In this document: positions 55,427 through 64,000 of the stretch, in pieces
How the letters are laid out: each line of letters opens with the position of its first letter
Position numbering within the stretch: the stretch's first letter is position 1
Made by a program: the position numbers and the translations under genes
Notes under the pieces: model-generated
Database searches by the model: none
Told to the model about the DNA's origin: nothing
Seen by the model: only the letters and a program-made list of their open reading frames with translations
Origin: a virus
Direction: 5' to 3' (one strand)
Virus record (IMG/VR): IMGVR_UViG_3300044816_000098
Location: 64,001 to 128,000 of that record
Length of the DNA: 64,000 nucleotides

Positions 55427-56290
55427 ATGCTGTGGGAGGACCGTCAGTACGTCTCGCAGTGGTCTGCGGAGATCATCGGCCTGCACCTGATCCAGAACGG
55501 CGTGCCGATCGACGCCGGGGGCGCGGTGTCGGTCTCCATGATCTCGGAGAACACCGGCGCCTCGATCTTCTCCCGGGCAGCAACCCATAACGCTGTTGGC
55601 GACTACTCGGTCACTCTGAGCAGCGTGGAGTCCGGCACTCCGGGTCAGTACACCGTGACCTGGAACTACCAGATCGCCTCGGTCGCCCAGTACTTCGAGA
55701 CCGGCATCGAGATCGGTCCGGCCACCCCGGCCTACGACGGTCTGTCCCCGGACATGAAGAACATCGTGGAACAGGTGTGGATCCGCCTCGCCGACACGAT
55801 CGACTCTCCCGGTGGCGGCCCGAACCTGACGACCTACATCCAGAGCAAGTTCGGCCGGGGCCGCATCGCCCAGTTGCTCAAGATCGGCGTTGGACGGCTC
55901 AACACGGTGGCCCAACCCCACGGCACCTTCACTCTGGACGGGGTGGGAGGGGCAACCTTCCCCATCGCCCAGTGGGGGTCCCTGCTGGAGTCGGTGACGT
56001 GGATCGAGACGCTCAAGCACCTGATCCGTTCGTACACCGAGCAGCCGGACTTCGTGGGCGGCGGCAACATCTCCCGGCTCGACCGGACGAAGTACTCCAA
56101 GGCATGGCGAGACGTCATGGTCGACGAAGAGGCCATCGTCCGGGGCCAGCTCGATGTCTTCAAGATCGCCCAGATGGGTCTGGGCCGCCCTGCGGTCCTG
56201 ATCTCCGGCGGCGTCTACGGACGGTACGGACCTACCCGCATGGCGGGCTCCGTCGCCGCCCGGCCGCGTTACTACACGCGGATGTACTGA
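55427..56290 (+). CDS. putative head-tail adaptor/neck protein
   Basis: Position; Ig-like N terminus, helical C terminus. Confidence 0.55.
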   Translation: MLWEDRQYVSQWSAEIIGLHLIQNGVPIDAGGAVSVSMISENTGASIFSRAATHNAVGDYSVTLSSVESGTPGQYTVTWNYQIASVAQYFETGIEIGPATPAYDGLSPDMKNIVEQVWIRLADTIDSPGGGPNLTTYIQSKFGRGRIAQLLKIGVGRLNTVAQPHGTFTLDGVGGATFPIAQWGSLLESVTWIETLKHLIRSYTEQPDFVGGGNISRLDRTKYSKAWRDVMVDEEAIVRGQLDVFKIAQMGLGRPAVLISGGVYGRYGPTRMAGSVAARPRYYTRMY

Positions 56291-56568
56291 TGAAGGCCCT
56301 TCACTCCCCAGAGGTGATGGCGAAGTTCAACCTCGCCATGACCGTGCTCTGGTCCCTGCTCCTGATCCCTACCGTGATCTGGTGGAAGGACTCCCTGCTC
56401 TGGGTCCTGATCATGAGCGCCTACGCGAACATCGTCGGGCACTGGTCCGCGTACCAGGGTTCACGCGCAGGAGTGGAAGCGGAGCGAAACGGAGACACCG
56501 ATTCAAAGGACGCTGTTAGGGTCAGTCCGCCGAGAGGGGCCAACCCGCCCCCGTCGTTGCAACCCTGA
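56290..56568 (+). CDS. small membrane protein
   Basis: TGATG overlap; two TM. Confidence 0.65.
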   Translation: MKALHSPEVMAKFNLAMTVLWSLLLIPTVIWWKDSLLWVLIMSAYANIVGHWSAYQGSRAGVEAERNGDTDSKDAVRVSPPRGANPPPSLQP

Positions 56569-56622
56569 TCGGCCGTTCGAAGGCCCTCGCTTCCCTGCCG
56601 AGGGCCTTCGGCATGTCCGGAC

Positions 56623-56656
56623 CTGTCCACCACCCTCGCAGCGCGCTGAAGGAGTG
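56623..56656 (+). promoter_or_regulatory. late-gene motif (variant)
   Basis: CTGTC-N20-GAAGGAGTG. Confidence 0.65.
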
Positions 56657-56672
56657 AGGACAGGAGGTCTTC

Positions 56673-57521
56673 GTGGGATACACCGTGGTCATCAAAGATG
56701 GGCTGAAGGACATCGCCCTCCCCAGTGGGGCACTAGTGCAGGGTGGCCAGACGGCCATTCTCACGGATGATCAGTACCTGATGCTCAGTTCCACCGCTTC
56801 GGCGGCACTCTTCTTCTCCGTGGTTCACACCGGCGGAGGGGGCGGAGGAGCCGTCTCCTCGGTCAACACGCTCACCGGTGACGTAGTCCTCACGGCGGCC
56901 CTGGTAGGGGCGTACAGCAGCTCTCAGGGCAGCACGCTGGCCGACCGGACCAGCAACGTGGAAACGGTCGCCACCGGCCTCAACACCCTGGTGACGGACG
57001 CCGAGGTCCGGGTGGGAGGGGCGGAGACGCGCCTGACCGCACTGGAGCACATCCGGCCCATCACGGCCTTCACCCGGCTCAAGTCCGAGATCGTGGCTCT
57101 GCCGAACACCGGTGGGTGGGCAGTCGTCGCCACCTCCGGCGCCGTACCACTGTCCTGCCAGGTCACCGCCGCCATCGGAGACCGCATCCTCGCGGATGCG
57201 ACCTTCATGCGGACCGGTACCGGGGACTACTTGGACCTGGCGATCCTGACCAGCGCGGGGGCGATCTCCGAGTACGCGGGATCCGGTACCGGCACTCCGC
57301 TGGACGAGGGCTCCCCGGCCTACTATCCGAGCGCCGGGGGCTTCCCGGGCGCCACGGGGACGACCATGTTCACGGTCCAGTCCGGACAGGTGAACGGATC
57401 GGGCAAGGTCGAGATCGCGCTGGTCTACAAGGGTTCGGGCAGCGGTTCGGAGTCGGTGTACGCGAGTGCGACGTACCCCTTCTTCCTGATGCTGACGAAC
57501 ATCGGCCCCCAGCCTGCGTAG
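56673..57521 (+). CDS. putative fibre-like structural protein
   Basis: VSSVNTLTGDVVL motif (also in the GDPD protein), coiled coil, beta-rich tip. Confidence 0.7.
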   Translation: MGYTVVIKDGLKDIALPSGALVQGGQTAILTDDQYLMLSSTASAALFFSVVHTGGGGGGAVSSVNTLTGDVVLTAALVGAYSSSQGSTLADRTSNVETVATGLNTLVTDAEVRVGGAETRLTALEHIRPITAFTRLKSEIVALPNTGGWAVVATSGAVPLSCQVTAAIGDRILADATFMRTGTGDYLDLAILTSAGAISEYAGSGTGTPLDEGSPAYYPSAGGFPGATGTTMFTVQSGQVNGSGKVEIALVYKGSGSGSESVYASATYPFFLMLTNIGPQPA

Positions 57522-57571
57522 TTCTGCAACTACGAGGATCATCGTACGAAATGACACCGACGGGAGATGAC

Positions 57572-58276
57572 ATGCCGTACTCCACAGCACAGCCGTCCAG
57601 TGGGTACATCCCCTCCCGTCGGCAGCCCTACTACGTCCGGCAGCCGCAGCGCTGGGCGGTGGACCAGGAGCGCCAGCGCCACTCGCAGGCGCTCTACACG
57701 CTCGGTGAGTGGACGATGTTCTGCCTGATGTGGCACATCCAGGACTTCGAGAACGGGCTCGTGGGCAAATGCCCGGCCTGCGCGACGAGCCGAATCGCCA
57801 CCGCCTACAAGCAACCCGAGCGCAACAAGTGCCTGACCTGCTTTGGAACCACCTTCAACGGGGGTTTCAAGGCGCTGATCATCCGTCCGGCCATCTTCAG
57901 CGACACCGACGAGGGCCAGCAGTACCAGGCGCGCGGTGTGGTCGAGTCGGACGACCTGGACATGGAGTCGACCCCGGACTTCCGCGTGCGCTCCGGCGAC
58001 TACTGCTTCCGCTCCACCGGGGACCGGTTCTTCCTGCGGGTCCCGCAGCGAGTGACCCTCCGCACCGGCTTCGCGACCCCGTACCAGCGAGCCATGGCCG
58101 TGGGCTACAACCACGCGCACGCCTCGCTGGAGGACCACAGCACGGTCTCGTACCTGATCCCGCCCAAGGCGGACGACCTGATCGAGATCCTCAACGTCAC
58201 CTCCAACGAGCCGATCGACTGGAGCGCGTACGAGATCATCCGGGCCCCGCTCATCCCTGTCGACGACCTGGCATAG
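57572..58276 (+). CDS. putative head closure/neck protein
   Basis: CPAC..CLTCFGT; position. Confidence 0.55.
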   Translation: MPYSTAQPSSGYIPSRRQPYYVRQPQRWAVDQERQRHSQALYTLGEWTMFCLMWHIQDFENGLVGKCPACATSRIATAYKQPERNKCLTCFGTTFNGGFKALIIRPAIFSDTDEGQQYQARGVVESDDLDMESTPDFRVRSGDYCFRSTGDRFFLRVPQRVTLRTGFATPYQRAMAVGYNHAHASLEDHSTVSYLIPPKADDLIEILNVTSNEPIDWSAYEIIRAPLIPVDDLA

Positions 58277-58290
58277 AGGAATTTAAAATC

Positions 58291-58953
58291 ATGAGTCTGT
58301 TGTGGGTGAGGGCCGGGCTCTCGAAGTGGTACCAGGCCAGGCAGGGCGCGGACATGCCCGCGATGACTCGTCACCGGGACCAGATCGCCCAGGCCCACGG
58401 GGTCCCGGGCTTCAAGGCGGCCATCGCCCTGCGGCCGGTCTACAACGCCCTGAGCAAGTCTCCCGTCGGCCATATGAGCCCGACGGACGCGGGGTTCGCC
58501 TCCGGCCCCAAGTTGGACGCTGACCGCAACCTGGAGATGCCGTGGAGCGATGACCACCCGCTGAACGAGAACAAGAACTGGGACCACATCCCGGCGGAGA
58601 AGGTCAACATCTCCCGGGGGATCCACGCCACTCAGGAGGGCGTGAACGCCAGCACGGTGGCCCACAACCTCTTCCACCCGGGGAAGCTGCCGCCCATCTC
58701 CTGGCCCGGCCACGAGCAGACCTCGGAGATCGGCCACCCCGACGTGGACCCGGACAGCCACGACCGGGCCCTCCGGGAGGAGCACTACGGCGCGGACGAG
58801 TCCAGCAAGGTCCCCCGGTTCTACCGGGACAAGACCGGCAAGACCTACGTGGCCGACGGACACCACCAGGTCTCGGCCGCCCTACTGCTGAAGAAGCCCC
58901 ACATCGAGGGTCGCGTCTGGGACGAGAACAACCCTCCTGAAGGAGTCCGATGA
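58291..58953 (+). CDS. ParB/Srx-like domain protein
   Basis: IHATQEGV..YVADGHHQVSAALL. Confidence 0.65.
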   Translation: MSLLWVRAGLSKWYQARQGADMPAMTRHRDQIAQAHGVPGFKAAIALRPVYNALSKSPVGHMSPTDAGFASGPKLDADRNLEMPWSDDHPLNENKNWDHIPAEKVNISRGIHATQEGVNASTVAHNLFHPGKLPPISWPGHEQTSEIGHPDVDPDSHDRALREEHYGADESSKVPRFYRDKTGKTYVADGHHQVSAALLLKKPHIEGRVWDENNPPEGVR

Positions 58954-59681
58954 GCCTGCTGTGGCGCACCGCGCTGATCCGTACCGCCACCTGGGCTCCG
59001 GCTGACTCCGAGGAGAACATCCACCCGAGGGCGCTGGAGGGGGACAAGTCCACGCATGAGCTGAACGGCAAGCACATCAGCGAGTTGGCCCATTCGATCG
59101 ACACCCACGGGTACAGCCGCGAACGACACGGCCAGCTCGGGGTGAACGTCACCGACAACGGCGAGAACCTCTACACGCACTCGCGCGGGACCGAAGCCCA
59201 CCCGGACCACCCGAATGACCACCACGAACACCTGTTGCGCGCGCTCAAGGAGGCCGGGCACGGTGAGGTGGCGGTGCACATCCACGACCAGCGCTCCGAC
59301 GAGGGTGGCGACCCGGCCCCGAAGTACTTCCACGGCACCACGGTGGAGGACCTGGAGCATGTCCACCCGAACCACGGGACCTCGGGGAACTTCGGCAACA
59401 ACGGCATGATCCACGAGCCGGGCTATGCCTATGCCACCAGTCGCAGCAGCGCGGAGCACTACGCCGACATGGCGGCCATGACCCACGGCGGCAAGCCGCA
59501 CGTCTACGAGGTCGAGCCCCGGGGGCCGGTGGAGAAGGACCCGAAGTACACCGCCAACGGCGTCAACCGGGGAAACATGGAGGACGACGTGCGCTCGAAG
59601 CACGGCTTCTCCGTGCTCGGCGAAGAGGACCTCGGTCACGACGACGATGACGAGGATGAAGACGAGCACGGGAGCTGGTGA
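58950..59681 (+). CDS. Arr-like NAD+ ADP-ribosyltransferase domain protein
   Basis: YFHGT..AYAT..AEHYA..VYEVEPRGPVEKDP..RSKHGFSVLGE. Confidence 0.72.
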   Translation: MSLLWRTALIRTATWAPADSEENIHPRALEGDKSTHELNGKHISELAHSIDTHGYSRERHGQLGVNVTDNGENLYTHSRGTEAHPDHPNDHHEHLLRALKEAGHGEVAVHIHDQRSDEGGDPAPKYFHGTTVEDLEHVHPNHGTSGNFGNNGMIHEPGYAYATSRSSAEHYADMAAMTHGGKPHVYEVEPRGPVEKDPKYTANGVNRGNMEDDVRSKHGFSVLGEEDLGHDDDDEDEDEHGSW

Positions 59682-59684
59682 GAC

Positions 59685-60395
59685 ATGCTCCTCGAAACGG
59701 CCGAGATCAGGCTCTGTGAGACCCCTGACCGCATCATCATGGTGGTCCCGGGGCTCTCCGGCTCCAGGGCCCGCAGCATCGCTCAGGCGGCCGTACGTGA
59801 GTGCCGCCGCAAGATGCCGAAGATGTCCGGCGCCAGCGCGGCCCGGCTCCAGCCGATCTACGGCAAGGGCTACTTCGGAATTTGGTGGGCCGACAGCTAC
59901 GTCTGGTTCCAGGACCACGGCATCCGGCCCTTCACCATGCGGAGCCTGGCGGGGAAGACCATCCCTATGTGGATCGACGACCCCACCGGCAAGGAGCGGT
60001 CGAAGAACCCCAAGGCGAAGGTCCGCACCACCATGAGCGGCAAGGTCCAGGTGCTGATCTTCCGCAAGGCCGCCAACCTCGGCCAGCGAATCACCAAGTA
60101 CGGCAAGGACCGCCAGGGCAACCGCGTCATCGTCTCCGACCGGCCCGCGAGCTATCCCGGAGCCCCCGGCCGGATCAGCGTGCGGGAGTCCGCCTCCCCG
60201 AACACCCGCCTCGGCAAGAAGGGCGGGCAGATTGCGCCAGGCAATGGCGGGGTGCGGTGGCGCCACCCCGGAACCGCCCCGCGATTGTTCCTCAATAACG
60301 CGATGACGCTCGCGGCCCAGTGGAACGGCATCCTGCCGGTCCGTGTCTATCTCGCCGACGGCCGGTGGAAGAGCAACCTGAAGGGCCCTAGCTGA
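59685..60395 (+). CDS. putative neck/tail completion protein
   Basis: Basic; FQDHGIRPF..WRHPG..PRLFL; position. Confidence 0.6.
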   Translation: MLLETAEIRLCETPDRIIMVVPGLSGSRARSIAQAAVRECRRKMPKMSGASAARLQPIYGKGYFGIWWADSYVWFQDHGIRPFTMRSLAGKTIPMWIDDPTGKERSKNPKAKVRTTMSGKVQVLIFRKAANLGQRITKYGKDRQGNRVIVSDRPASYPGAPGRISVRESASPNTRLGKKGGQIAPGNGGVRWRHPGTAPRLFLNNAMTLAAQWNGILPVRVYLADGRWKSNLKGPS

Positions 60396-61039
60396 TGTAC
60401 ATCGCGCCCCTGAAGACCGTCCTGGTCGAGGCCCTGAAGGCCACCTTCGACATGAGCTACCCCGAGCCGGACTTCCGCAACGTCCACATCGACATCGAAT
60501 ACCCGATCGACCCGCAGGAGTACCCGTCGGTCTGGGTCGACTACGACGACACCCAGGACCTGGTCCGTGCGGGCATCTGCCACCTGGAGTACGTCGATCC
60601 GGTCACCGACACCGCGCGGGCGGCCTTCACCCGCTGGCGCTTCACCGGGTACATCTCGATCACCGTGGTGGCCATGACGTCCCTGGAACGGGACCGCCTC
60701 TTCGACGAGATCGTCCGGGTCGTGGCCTTCGGCAACGAGGACGTGGTGATCGGCCGCTTCAAGAGGTACATCGAGGCGAACGACCTGATCGCCGCGAACA
60801 TGAACACGGACAAGGTCCAGCCCCGGGGAGCCGCCGCCGCCCCCGGGACCCCGTGGTCCACCGACGAGCTGATGTACGAGCGGACCCTGAACCTGGAGAT
60901 CATCGGGGAGTTCATCCCCAACGCCACCACCGGGACCCTGATCCCGCTCTCCAAGATCCTCCTCATTCCGATCGAGGACGTCACCGGAGACCTCGGCGAC
61001 CCGCCCTTGCGCAATCAGGAATTGGGCACCTGGCACTGA
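60395..61039 (+). CDS. putative tail terminator
   Basis: EYP..YPSVWV; directly upstream of the sheath gene. Confidence 0.6.
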   Translation: MYIAPLKTVLVEALKATFDMSYPEPDFRNVHIDIEYPIDPQEYPSVWVDYDDTQDLVRAGICHLEYVDPVTDTARAAFTRWRFTGYISITVVAMTSLERDRLFDEIVRVVAFGNEDVVIGRFKRYIEANDLIAANMNTDKVQPRGAAAAPGTPWSTDELMYERTLNLEIIGEFIPNATTGTLIPLSKILLIPIEDVTGDLGDPPLRNQELGTWH

Positions 61040-61045
61040 GTTCTC

Positions 61046-61079
61046 CTGTCCATCCCCTCGGTTCACCCCGGAAGAGGTG
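61046..61079 (+). promoter_or_regulatory. late-gene motif
   Basis: CTGTC-N20-GAAGAGGTG. Confidence 0.75.
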
Positions 61080-61114
61080 ACAGAGACATCCGGGCGCCCG
61101 AGGGGTGGAGAACC

Positions 61115-62683
61115 TTGCCTGACTTCACGAGCTACGTACCACCGGGCGTCTACGTCTCGGATACATCCCAGCCGGTGGTCACGCCGACCAACATCACCAC
61201 GAACATCGTCACGGTCGTGGGGCCCGCACAGGGCTACCAGACGGCCTCTGACGTGGTCCAGGTGTACTGGAACTCGAACACCGCGCTGACTCACCGAGGC
61301 ATCTTCACCACGGCCGTCACGGGCCCTCCGGCCATCGGCGCCCCCGTGGTGAAGAACGCGGCCGGGGTCGTCCTGGTCTACTCGGTCGACTACACCTGGG
61401 TGATCGACACCTCTGGCGGCGGCGGTGCGGCGAACGCCGTGACCTACATCCACCGGCTCGGCACGGTCAGCGTCCCCTCGGACCCCTCCCCGGGTGGTCT
61501 GATCGACGGCTCCTACGTGACGGTCACGTACAACTACGCGGACCCGAGCTACTACCAGCCGCGACTCTTCAACGACCCGAGCCAGATCTCCCAGAGCTAC
61601 GGCGCGGCGGTCACCAGCACGGTGCCCGTCAATCCGAACGCCTCCCAGGTGATCTGCCCGCTCACCCTCGCCGCCCAGATGGCCATGGCCAACGGGGCGT
61701 CCAGCGTGCTGTGCCTGGCGACCAACCCTGCGGACGGCACCCAGAAGTCCCAGTTCCTGGCCGCGTACGCCAAGATCGCGGCGAACTACCAGGCCATGCT
61801 GATCGTCCCGCTCTTCGTGGACGGCATGGCCCAGGGCGACACCACCGCCGCCGACGCGCACACTCCGACGGCGGTCCTCGCGCTGATCCAGGACATCCAG
61901 GCCCACTGCAACACCTCGGCCGCCGACGGCTACGGCCGGATGGCGTTCGTGGGAGTCGCGACCAACTACGACTCGGCGACCAAGCCGTACGACGTCCTGG
62001 CCGGAAACATCAGCTCCAAGCGCATCGTGCTGGCGTACCCCTCACAGCTCAACTTCTACAACGCGCAGCTCAGTCAGACCACGGTCGTCTCCGGCTACTA
62101 CCTGGCCGCCGCGATGGCGGGCGCCCTGGCCGGGGAGAACGCGAACCAGGGTCTTACCAAGAAGAGCCTGATCGGGTTCAACGGCTTCCCCGCCACCGTC
62201 GCCCAGCAGCAGACGATGACCTTCAAGAACTCGCTGAGCAAGGCCGGGGTCTGTGTCGCGGAGATCTCCCGCAACGGCACCCTGGAGGTCCGCCACGGCG
62301 TGACCACGCTCATGACCGCGCTCACCAGCCGCGAGATCAACATCGTGCGCTCCGGCGACGTGCTCTTCGAGCTGGTCCAGACCGGCATGGACGCGGCTGC
62401 CCTGATCGGCCAGCCCATCGACGCGGACACCACGACCAAGGTCAAGGGCGCTCTGTCCGGGATCCTGGAACAGGCCGTCAACAACCGGGTCATCCAGGCG
62501 TACGGGAACCTCGCGGTCCGTCAGCAGGCCCTCCCCGGCGGCGACCCGTCGATCATCGAGTGCCAGTTCGCCTACGCCCCGTCGATCCCGCTCAACTACA
62601 TCACCGTGACCTTCGCGATCGACCTGACGTCGGGCGCGTTCTCCACGGACGCCACTTCCGGCACCGACTCCGCCGCCGCCTGA
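61115..62683 (+). CDS. tail sheath protein
   Basis: YVPPGVYV N terminus; YLAAAMAG; VRHGVTT; PLNYITVTF C terminus. Confidence 0.9.
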   Translation: MPDFTSYVPPGVYVSDTSQPVVTPTNITTNIVTVVGPAQGYQTASDVVQVYWNSNTALTHRGIFTTAVTGPPAIGAPVVKNAAGVVLVYSVDYTWVIDTSGGGGAANAVTYIHRLGTVSVPSDPSPGGLIDGSYVTVTYNYADPSYYQPRLFNDPSQISQSYGAAVTSTVPVNPNASQVICPLTLAAQMAMANGASSVLCLATNPADGTQKSQFLAAYAKIAANYQAMLIVPLFVDGMAQGDTTAADAHTPTAVLALIQDIQAHCNTSAADGYGRMAFVGVATNYDSATKPYDVLAGNISSKRIVLAYPSQLNFYNAQLSQTTVVSGYYLAAAMAGALAGENANQGLTKKSLIGFNGFPATVAQQQTMTFKNSLSKAGVCVAEISRNGTLEVRHGVTTLMTALTSREINIVRSGDVLFELVQTGMDAAALIGQPIDADTTTKVKGALSGILEQAVNNRVIQAYGNLAVRQQALPGGDPSIIECQFAYAPSIPLNYITVTFAIDLTSGAFSTDATSGTDSAAA

Positions 62684-62701
62684 TCCAGGGAGGATTTTTA
62701 A

Positions 62702-63205
62702 ATGCCTCAGACCAAGGTGAGGGTCGTTGGCTCTGGCTACACGACCTTCTTCTACCGGGGGAAGGCCATCGCCTTCTGCGAGGGGGTGGAGGACAGCGGT
62801 CAGCGCGCCTTCTCCGACCTCGGCCAGCCGTACCAGTTCATTCACCCCATCGGGGCCTCCCACCCGGTGGAGATCGCCACCTCGCGCGTTCTCCAGGGCG
62901 GCACGCTGATGCTGACCATCCGCGAACTGTGGAACACCTGGGTGTGGGAGCAGCTCGCGGGCCTGGCGGGCAGTCACAACATCGTCGACATCTTCAGGGT
63001 GCTCGCCGCCGACCCGAACTACGTCACCTGCCAGACGGTCATCAAGCCTCCCGGGACCGAGAGCCGTCCCTCCCAGTGGCGAGGGAAGAACTACCAGAAC
63101 TGCACCGTGGTGGACATCAACGACGGTGACACCATCACCGTCGGCTCCCTCGCGGTGACCAAGGGCATCACGATTGCCTACACCCACACCACCGCGTTGA
63201 ACTGA
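62702..63205 (+). CDS. tail tube protein
   Basis: Follows sheath; 167 aa beta-rich. Confidence 0.78.
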   Translation: MPQTKVRVVGSGYTTFFYRGKAIAFCEGVEDSGQRAFSDLGQPYQFIHPIGASHPVEIATSRVLQGGTLMLTIRELWNTWVWEQLAGLAGSHNIVDIFRVLAADPNYVTCQTVIKPPGTESRPSQWRGKNYQNCTVVDINDGDTITVGSLAVTKGITIAYTHTTALN

Positions 63206-63213
63206 GAGAACAG

Positions 63214-63750
63214 ATGAGCAGCGGCGCCACGTCCTACGACCCGACCGCTTTGGGTCCGCAGGAGGAGCAGGACACTCCCGGCACCCTCCGGGACGATGAC
63301 GGCAACCTGCTGCCCTCCTTCGACCCCAAGTACGCGGACCCCTTCACCGGGCTGCTGTACCTGGGGGCACTGGCGGACGAGTTCTCCTGGCTCGGTCACG
63401 ACTTTAAAATCCGCACCCTGCGGGATGGCGAGTTGCTGGCGATCTCCCAGATCATCAAGCCGTACCAGGACACGATGGGTCTCGACCGGGCCTACGCCAA
63501 CGCGGTCGTCGGCATGTGCCTGATGTCCCTGGACGGCGAGGAACTGCCGATCCCCATCGGGGAGACCAAGCGCATCAACGAGTGGGGCCACCTGCGCTTC
63601 GAGTACATCCGGGACAACTGGTACTCCTCCACGGTCGACCAGGTGTTCAACCGGTACCTCCAGCTCGATGACCTGGTCAAAAAGGTGGTCGAGGCGATGG
63701 GAAAAGCATCAGCCCCCGAGGCGCAGATCCCTTCGTCGAACGGCATCTGA
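63214..63750 (+). CDS. tail assembly chaperone
   Basis: Follows tube; G-GGA-AAA slippery site near the 3' end. Confidence 0.75.
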   Translation: MSSGATSYDPTALGPQEEQDTPGTLRDDDGNLLPSFDPKYADPFTGLLYLGALADEFSWLGHDFKIRTLRDGELLAISQIIKPYQDTMGLDRAYANAVVGMCLMSLDGEELPIPIGETKRINEWGHLRFEYIRDNWYSSTVDQVFNRYLQLDDLVKKVVEAMGKASAPEAQIPSSNGI

Positions 63751-64000
63751 GGAACGCTCGGGACCGGGGGCTCCTGCGGGGGGACAACCTTTCCCAGGTG
63801 GCGGTCCTCGCCGTGGAGTTCCTGCGCTTCCTGGACGGTCTCGGGACCCAGGCGGACGACATCCGCAACGCGGAGCGGCACCGGGAGATCGTCGACTCGA
63901 TCGTGCGGGGCTCGCTGGTCAGCACCGACCGGTACGACGAGAAGCGCGTCTTCAAGGAGTACTTCCCGCCCCAGGAGTCCACTCAGGGTGGCCTCAAGGG
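63699..64000 (+). CDS. -1 frameshift extension of the tail assembly chaperone (runs off window)
   Basis: The -1 frame is open from the slippery site to the window end with coding-like GC3. Confidence 0.7.

Noticed and set aside
1-64000. Integrase, terminase, DNA polymerase, introns or inteins
   Set aside because: No recognisable motifs in this window, so lifestyle and packaging mode cannot be determined here

Overview
High-GC (about 68% by eye) segment of a large actinobacterial, probably Streptomyces-infecting, contractile-tailed phage; no host housekeeping genes are visible. 1-23.9 kb is an early/accessory region of small ORFs driven by about 10 copies of a sigma70-type promoter with a conserved palindromic spacer. 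It encodes a tRNA, an Rnl2-type RNA ligase, NlpC/P60, a RyR-domain protein, a DUF2829/Tad2-like protein, an antitoxin-like fragment, HU, Thg1, dCTP deaminase and a minus-strand Ro60 (TROVE/Rsr) gene. 24-64 kb is the late region: putative internal head polyproteins, portal, GDPD, lysis cassette, prohead protease, scaffold, major capsid, neck, sheath, tube and a frameshifting tail chaperone, preceded by 12 copies of an unusual CTGTC-N20-GAAGRGGTG motif. The most striking system is a tandem array of five Y-RNA-like genes upstream of Ro60. They share one scaffold but carry different tRNA-mimic modules: classical permuted YrlA-type, D-armless, half tRNA with a GAT anticodon, permuted tRNA with a CTT anticodon, and minimal. 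Other highlights are ADP-ribosyltransferase-like cargo proteins punctuated by [KRH]-[TQE]-A motifs, and an HTH-flanked structured ncRNA after the capsid gene. All family assignments come from motif recognition by eye; no database searches were run.
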